From: Amoebidium appalachense
Taxonomy: Eukaryota; Protista; Ichthyosporea
NCBI GenBank assembly: GCA_963693365.1
Contig: CAVNZM010000018.1
Coordinates: 1-64,000, forward strand
Reading direction: 5' to 3'
Length of the DNA: 64,000 nt
Below are positions 56,159-64,000 of this stretch, piece after piece. Positions within the stretch are counted from its first letter, which is position 1; the number at the start of each line of letters is the position of its first letter. The notes below the pieces were generated by a model. The model ran no database searches, had not been told where the DNA came from, and saw nothing but the letters and a program-made list of their open reading frames with translations. A program made the position numbers and the translations under genes.

Positions 56159-56174
56159 TCTGAGTCTTAATAAT
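56159..56174. repeat. Right copy of the LINE target-site duplication
   Basis: tctgagtcttaataat; the flanking minisatellite continues on both sides of the element. Confidence 0.9.
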
Positions 56175-56375
56175 AGATATTTAGATTATCTCCCTGTTGT
56201 GGAGACCTCACTCACATTGATATCTAGATTATCCCATTGTGTGGATACCTCACTCATGTTCATATTTCGTCTATCTCCCTCGTGTGTACACCTCACTCAC
56301 ATTCATGATATTTAGATTATCTCCGCACGGTGTGAAAACTGTCACGGTATCTCACTCACATTCAGATTATCTCGA
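56175..56375. repeat. Degenerate minisatellite that was the LINE insertion target (also 37525-37620)
   Basis: Recurrent acctcactcaca(t/c)t..gatatttagattatct motif on both sides of the TSD. Confidence 0.8.
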
Positions 56376-57053
56376 TCCCTGACAAGCTCCATCGTGTGCA
56401 TGTACACTCGTGCACATTGTTATTTACTATCGCCTCAGTATAATACCTCATAATCGTGAATATCACGGTATTAGTACATCTCCCTCATTCCGATGATTCA
56501 TTATTTCTCTGCCCTCCCTCCCTCCCTCCCCTCCCCCCCCCCCCCCCCCTCCCCCCGCCCGCCCCCTCCCCTCCCCTTGGAGGCCCCACCTGGCCATCCC
56601 CCCCCCCCCCCCCTTCCCCCCCCTCCCCCCTCTTTCGCCCCCCCTCCTCTTCCCCCCCCTCCCCCCCACGCCGGCCCCTTTGAAGTCACAGGCTGAGCTC
56701 GAGTGTCAAGATCAAGATATTATTCTATGTAGTGTATACTCGTGTAGTGCGTAAACCGCACGATGAGCACAGTGTAGCGAATCATATGCGAGTGGAAGTT
56801 TTGCCGATGATCACTACGTAGGCCTATGCGTGCGCTGTAGGCCTATGCGTGCACTGCCACGCGGCTGGGTGACCTGGCCAAGCTGGCCTGCGAGCCTCGG
56901 CTCTGAAAAAGGAAAGTGCATGCAACGAAGACACAGCCCCAGAGTGTAGCATGCACATACATCACTGTGAATTTTCCATCATGCATGCATACCGTTGAAA
57001 CGGGGAACAGGTCTGACTCTTGGGCTGCCCATCATCATCATGATGGCCATATC

Positions 57054-57370
<317 letters not shown>

Positions 57371-58427
57371 TTTTTTTTTTTTTGGAAGGGGGGGGGATGG
57401 AAGGGGGGAGGTGGGGATCTGAGAAGTATGGAATACGGCGGCTGGCAGGATGACGACATTAGCTAGCCAGTGATGGCCAAACCAACCGTCAGTCAGTACT
57501 AGGTATTGCATGGGCACCGATTGCAGCACAACCGAGCACTAGTATCATCCTTGTCTATTATACAAACCATTACCAACACGTACCACTATGTAACAGCACG
57601 TATTAATAGCACTGATGCAGAAGTTCACGCCAACTAGTGCCACGTTTTTTGGGGGTGCTCTCTGCCCACCATTCACTACAACGCATAAGTGTGCGAAGAG
57701 GAATACAGGTAGAAAGTGACCGTACAGACGTGCCTCAATAGAAGCTAGTTAGTATACGTACAAGGCGTAGATCCACAGCTGTTGCGAAGGCGTCATCGCA
57801 TTCCAATGGATAGACAATCACCAATCAGATGATTGTTGACCATTCCATTGATAAAAACTTTCTCTCTCGTACTCGTAACTTCGTAAGTGCTGTAGGGCGT
57901 GGGCCCTCTGTCGCTGCTTGGCGTCACTCCAGCCACCTCAGGGCAGCATTTCGCACATCAGTGAATGTGTACAGAATGGACCGCCGTGTAGAATTTATTC
58001 CGCTAGCTATGAGTGAAATAGAAGTCTGCTGTAAAAAGAATGACACATCGCGCACATACGCCATGCCGCCGGGGCCCCATGCACATATTGTACAGGTGCA
58101 TATATGCCAAGGCCTCCTAAATCGCACACCGGTGTGCTATTTAGGAGGCCTTGATATATGCACGTTTCCAACGGGGATCGCGACTTCGCGAGATCACCCC
58201 CTCCACTGTGAATCGTGTATGTGCGATGGATATACCAACGGTTGCAGTAAGAAGTAAAATATGAAGTTGCATTGAATTAGAGAGCTTCGCCTAATTACCG
58301 TGCTTCTCCTGGAAAATTCCCGACGTAAGGCAGCCGCACTCTCACTTTTTCACTAATCTCGCGCCTGCAAGATCTAAGGGAGGGGCGTCAACCCAGTGTG
58401 CAGGAATCCCTGGAACGAAAAAAGAGG

Positions 58428-58528
58428 CCAATCAGATCTCGATTTCAGGATCAATCTTTGTCAGGAATCAATGGTATGTACTCAAGAATGTTTGGTATGC
58501 GTAAGCCCAAGCTCACGGCATATAAAAA
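58428..58528 (+). promoter_or_regulatory. Candidate core promoter (CCAAT and TATA box) of the 703-aa gene
   Basis: ggccaatcag at ~58428 and tataaaaa at 58521-58528, ~70 nt upstream of the ATG. Confidence 0.5.
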
Positions 58529-58592
58529 GTGACAACGCCCTCTCACTTTTTCAGGTTGATACTTTCACCTGTTTCAGGGCAAACACGTCATC

Positions 58593-60704
58593 ATGACAAT
58601 GAATTATATACAGCTAGGACTTGCGCTCGCGGGAGCGAGCGTGGTTGTCGACGCAGCCACCACACATTCCCTTGCTGCTGGCGCAGATGCAGTCACCACC
58701 ACCACCAACTTGCAGGACCTTCTCACTAACACGGTAGTTGACGGGGACACCATCCAGCTGGCGGCTGGTGTTTACGAGTTCACACAGCCCATAGTCATTG
58801 CAAAGGCCGTGACCATCAACGGCACACTTGGCGCTGCCGCCGACCTGACTGACGCGACCAAGTATGCCACTAGTGGCACCATTGTGCTGTATACGGGCAC
58901 CGACCCTCTGGCGTTCAAAGCCACTGTGCCTGAGATGTCATTCTCCAACCTTGCCCTGCAGAGTTCAGCAGCTGGTACGCTGTGCACGCAGAGTGTCCCT
59001 TATGCTCTCAATGCCTCCTTCTCCATGAACCTTCCTGCCCCTGGGCCTACTATCACTGGTGGATACTTGAACATTAACGCCGACCATGGCATCAACTACA
59101 ACTCTCGCATCGTCACCAACGTCAGATTCGGCAACTGCACGTGGAAGGACCAGGGCACAGGGGCCACCCCCTGGCTGAAGAACTTTTACACGGGGCTGAC
59201 CGCTGCATGCAAGCTGCAGTCGGGTTACAAGGTACAGTTCAGCAAAATGGCCAACTGCGGTGCTAACCCCACAAAGGCAGGAAACTACTCCACCTACCGC
59301 GCAAACCTCTACACCGAATTCAAGGAGCACGTGACCTTCATCAGTGCCACCAAGCCCCTGCGCCAACCCGTCGACCGCTCAGCAAACGCCGCCACCATTG
59401 TGAACGTGCAGATTGACAGGGTTAACTCCGTGCAGGCCTCTGTCGTTGTCAACTATCCGGCCGCTGAACTCGAAGCCGTTGTGAAGACACTGACCACTAG
59501 CACAGCCACAAACACAACAGTCGTTGTGTTGCAGCTCAACCTTCCCGCCCCCTACATGGTCGACACCACGAAATCCGGCCATGCTGCTATTACTAACAAC
59601 GAGACAGGGCTGACCCCAAGCACCTACGCCATCACTGGGACATGCGACAACCAGGCCATCGGAGCCCAGTGTTTGCAGTCTCTGACATTCTCTGTTGTGG
59701 GCTGCGACTTGTCCGGCACGTACACCGTCGACCCTGTGAACGTCATCTGCCAGCCGTCGGCGCAGAGTGCAAACTGCCCAGTTATTGGCAGCGGTGCCAA
59801 CCTTGTGTTCTGGCTCGATACCCTTAACTTCTGCGAGGTCACGGAGACAGACATTAAGGCGCTCTTCGACATTGACATAGTAGCCCGCACGACCAGCGAC
59901 TACCAAACCATCAGGACGGACCTCAGCTACACCTTGGGAGACATTTCTTACTGGTCCATCCGCCTGTTCACCAACCGTACGGGGGTGCAGATCAACAACG
60001 CCGAGATGACGTCTTTCAGCCGTTCCTCCAACGGCTCGTGCAACCTTGACGCCTACAAGGACTTTAACACCGTTGAAGCCGCCGCCATTGCAACCAACGT
60101 GACCGGATACAACTTTACAGCTGCAACCACAGGTGTTGAAGCCCAAGTGCAGTTCGCTCTCCCCATTACCGCTAAGCTTGCCTGTGCCACTGCTAGCGGC
60201 GGGTTCAACGGCGTTGTTTCCAACAGCATCAACATTACCGCTACTGTGCGTGTTGACTATGTTGACTTTACTACGGGTGCCCGTCGGCGCAGACGTGATT
60301 TTGGTGGGATGATGGCTAGGCGTGCGGCCGGTAGCGGTGAGATGCAAGCAACGAGCCAGCCTGCAGGCATCAGCTACACAGCAGACCAACTCGCAAAGCA
60401 AGGCGGTGTGGCCACGGTCCCTGAAGCCACCACAGGCAACAGTTCGACTCTGACGGCTATTCTTGTTGCTGTTTTCTCTTCTCTCGCTGCCCTTACATGC
60501 TGCTGCTGCACGTTCCTTGGCTTTATGGTCTACCGCCGCCGCCGCCGTTTGGATGAAAAGACCGCAGCTGTGCTTAGCCCGTATGATACTCAGGCGTGGG
60601 CTAATGGTGCAGTGAGCCAGAGTGATGTAAACTCGAAGAGCCATGTGGCTCTGAAGCATCAGAGCTCTACTGGGTTGGTGCATATTAATTCTACGGGTGT
60701 CTAA
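58593..60704 (+). CDS. Intronless type-I membrane/cell-surface glycoprotein of unknown family (703 aa)
   Basis: Long ORF with C-ending codon bias; signal peptide; GDTIQLAAGVY beta-helix-start-like motif; Cys-containing, N-x-S/T-rich ectodomain; RRRRR polybasic site; TM ILVAVFSSLAALTCCCCTFLGFMVY followed by RRRRR; short tail ending STGV. Confidence 0.9.
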   Translation: MTMNYIQLGLALAGASVVVDAATTHSLAAGADAVTTTTNLQDLLTNTVVDGDTIQLAAGVYEFTQPIVIAKAVTINGTLGAAADLTDATKYATSGTIVLYTGTDPLAFKATVPEMSFSNLALQSSAAGTLCTQSVPYALNASFSMNLPAPGPTITGGYLNINADHGINYNSRIVTNVRFGNCTWKDQGTGATPWLKNFYTGLTAACKLQSGYKVQFSKMANCGANPTKAGNYSTYRANLYTEFKEHVTFISATKPLRQPVDRSANAATIVNVQIDRVNSVQASVVVNYPAAELEAVVKTLTTSTATNTTVVVLQLNLPAPYMVDTTKSGHAAITNNETGLTPSTYAITGTCDNQAIGAQCLQSLTFSVVGCDLSGTYTVDPVNVICQPSAQSANCPVIGSGANLVFWLDTLNFCEVTETDIKALFDIDIVARTTSDYQTIRTDLSYTLGDISYWSIRLFTNRTGVQINNAEMTSFSRSSNGSCNLDAYKDFNTVEAAAIATNVTGYNFTAATTGVEAQVQFALPITAKLACATASGGFNGVVSNSINITATVRVDYVDFTTGARRRRRDFGGMMARRAAGSGEMQATSQPAGISYTADQLAKQGGVATVPEATTGNSSTLTAILVAVFSSLAALTCCCCTFLGFMVYRRRRRLDEKTAAVLSPYDTQAWANGAVSQSDVNSKSHVALKHQSSTGLVHINSTGV

Positions 60705-61607
60705 GGTGCAATGGTGGATTTGGATTTTTGGATTTTTTTTTTTTTAATCTTTTAGGGCCTTATGTGACTTCAGAACGTTAAAGTGTTCCGGGTAAGAAAG
60801 ACTTGACAACTAGAACCGAATCGAGTTAGGCATGTGTACTGTAGAAATCATCGAATTTAACGGTAAGTGATTGTACTGTATACGTATACGTAGGAAAGTA
60901 TACAGTCTGTCTTCCCCCCTCACCCGCACGAAGTATGTACCCGTCAGCCAAGCCATGAATGTATTGTAACTATGCTCAAATCTGAAACAATCTTCCGGGC
61001 TTGATGTCCGGTACCGTATAAATGCAGAATGTGCAGAAACCAATAAAGTCTCTCGGTGTAACCCCCCCCCCCCCCCCTCCAAAAAAACAAAAAACAAAAA
61101 GGCAACTACCTTTCACCCACCATCACTTTGTCTTGCTAATCTTCACCACATTCTCTCTCTATTCCTCTAATATCTTTCGTTCTTGTATTTCTTTTTAATG
61201 TTTTCCTCCTGATATTTCATGGCGCAGAAACCAATCTTGTTACTCTATCCGTGTCCCCCCCCCCCCCCCCCCCCCCCCAAACCCCCCTCCCGCACCTGAA
61301 CACACACACACAACTTATACAAACCATTCATACGCACACAACACATTTACACGATAAGAATCCGCAGATGTTTGCCAATGTTTATGCATGCAGCCTCAAG
61401 TTGTGCAAAGCAAAAGTATGCCTACTGCATTGTGAAGTGTATCGACATGTGCCTGTGTGATTTTTGTGTTTGTGTTACATGTTGTATGTGTGTGTGTGCG
61501 TGAGTGTCACGTGGTGTGCCAGTGTCGTTGTGAGTGTGTGCACGTGCTTTTGTTTGCGCATTCGTGTGTGTTGTGTGTGAAAACCGTTTGTGTGTGTGTG
61601 TGTGTGC

Positions 61608-61648
<41 letters not shown>

Positions 61649-61833
61649 TGTGTGTCTGTGTGTGTATGTGTGTCTGTGTCTGTGTGTGTGTGTGTGTGTG
61701 TGAGTGAGTGTGTGCGTGCGTGCGTGCGAGTCTGTGTCTGTATCTGTGACTTTTACGGTATGACGTGTGTGTGAACCACAATATAGTATCTACTATAGTA
61801 TAACGTGTGGCCATGCTGTGTGAATAGTGTGTC

Positions 61834-61927
<94 letters not shown>

Positions 61928-62387
61928 TGTAGGACTACACGTGCATGCACTACGCAACAATAACTTTTTTTTCTGGAGGAAAGGGGGGGGGGGGGGGGGG
62001 GGAAGGGAGGGCTGCACCTTCCGCTGGTTTTTTTTTTTCTCGTGCCTGTGTTTCAATAGTGGGTGGTAGGTGGTGGTAAAGATAGACGCCTGCCCCCTTC
62101 CCTCCCCTCCCTACCACACACACACAAAAGATTTCTTAGCTTTGGAAAAATAAACGAAAAGAAAAACACAACGAAAGAAAAAATGTGGGAAGGCGGGATT
62201 TCTTCCACATTCTACCCTTTCCTCTCCATATAGTCTTGTGTGGGGACTATGTAGCATCACAAGGGAGTCTGGAATAGAAGGAACCTGGGAGCGAGCGCTT
62301 AGTGTATGACCAGTCTGGAGAGAGACAAACATACCGTACGTGTAGACTTTCTTTTTTTTGGGGGGGGGGGGGGGGGGGGGAGGGGGG

Positions 62388-62439
<52 letters not shown>

Positions 62440-63115
62440 TGACCGTGCCTGGCATCATCACATATGTCTTCCAAAATACACAATTATCGCTTCTCTTAGC
62501 AGAGCTTTACGGGTAGTCAGAGCAGACTCTGTTGCTATTTCTAGCCACATACGAGAGCCAAGGTGCCAGGTGTACGGCACGGTGTGTATAAACGTTAGTG
62601 ATGCAATGCTCCCTGATACACTAACAGTGTGTGTTGGCTGCAATAAGATTAATAGCCAACAAGTGTGAGCCACACTTCTACGTACACCTTTAGCACCCTA
62701 GCTACGGTGCAGTCGGTGCTGTGTGGAGGACGGTAGTTCCTATGAGGGAGGACCCCTCCGGGAACAAAACGGGGTTGGAAAAAAAACAAACAAAAAAAAA
62801 CATACAAACAAAAAAACCACTGCTATGTTCAACTGCTCACATTGTGGAGTGACTGCCTTGCAGGTCCACAGTGTTTGTTTGTACACGAGAAACCTCTGTT
62901 GTGAGGCCTCGGAGTAGCAAGTGGCACACACAACATGAATACAATGGGCAACTTACGTACGCCGGCATGTTATCCCCTTTCCCTGCCCCCTTCCTCTCTC
63001 TCTTGTATACGTACACGTTTCCCCCCTCTCTCTCCCCCCCCACCCCCCACCCCCCTCCCCTTCCCCCCACACTTTATATTTCTAAATTTCCTTTTGGGCG
63101 GGTGGGTGGGTGGGT

Positions 63116-63163
<48 letters not shown>

Positions 63164-63195
63164 CGCGCGCACGCTGTGTGTATGGGCGGGCGGGG

Positions 63196-63231
<36 letters not shown>

Positions 63232-64000
63232 ATGACTGGGTATATATATGTCGGTACCGGTGTGTGTTTGGAATATGTCGAGACTGGAAACCGGGAGTCC
63301 TAGGCCTGGGCTTTCCGTGTAACCCCCCATCCCCCCCACCTCCCCCCTTCCTTCCCGCCAAATAAACAAAAAAAGGACACCCTCCCCGCTTTTTCTTCTT
63401 GCCCTGTACGCTACAGTCTGTGCATATGTTTTTCTGCCAATGTACATGTAAGCAATAGTGTATATTTGATGGCAGTACCTGCACAGGAGGGCAGCTACTT
63501 GTAGCCACATTTCTTTTTTATTTAAGTGCGGCTACAGGAAAACCCCAACGGGCAGGGAAAAAAAAGAAAAGAAAAAAGAAAAAGAAACCACAAGCACTCC
63601 CCCTCCCCCCCCCCCCCCCCCCCCCGGCCTTTCTCCCCGTCCCCCCGGCCCTTTCGCCTGGGTAATTCCTCCCCTGCCTCTGCACCTAGTGTCACCTATA
63701 GGCATCCCCCCCCCCCGCCCCCCCTCCCCCCCTCCCCCCTCCCCCCAACCTGCAACCACCACACCTGCCACTGATATCACCAGCCGCGCCGTCAGTGGGG
63801 CCATTCCTCATATCGAAAATCCCTTGATGTCTGTACATTGCATCTGTTTGCTAATGTATGTTTACTATAGATAGGGGTGGGGGTTTACGCTGTTTACTCG
63901 AGGCAAAGAGAACCAGTCTCAGGTAGGGGGGGGGGGTTTGCTCGGAATATCCCCTCAGCGGTATATCATGATCACGTACATAGATGTCGGGTGGTGACTA

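Overview
Intron-rich eukaryotic genomic DNA, dense in poly-G/poly-C tracts and (CA)n/(CT)n microsatellites. Most ORFs in the supplied track are microsatellite artefacts. Host genes I can reconstruct by hand: a multi-exon C1-domain RasGAP (minus, ~1.1-17.5 kb), a 6-exon PDX1/SNZ PLP synthase (minus), a 2-exon Max bHLH-Zip (plus), a 2-exon secreted sphingomyelinase-D/SicTox-like phospholipase D with two Cys-rich C-terminal repeats (plus), and an intronless 703-aa type-I membrane protein. Max together with PDX1 suggests a non-animal holozoan such as an ichthyosporean (inference). Positions 37637-56158 hold one 18.5-kb composite non-LTR retrotransposon (minus) bounded by a 16-bp target-site duplication: CCHC ORF1, then ORF2 with APE, a ~4-kb in-frame 72-aa Q/P-rich tandem array, RT, RNase H and a zinc finger. 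Its RT segment is inverted, with a codon-exact junction at one breakpoint. It carries two antisense Ty1/Copia half-elements (5' LTR + PBS + partial internal region, no 3' LTR, no 5-bp TSD) inserted with almost no loss of LINE sequence. This composite element is the most unusual thing in the window.
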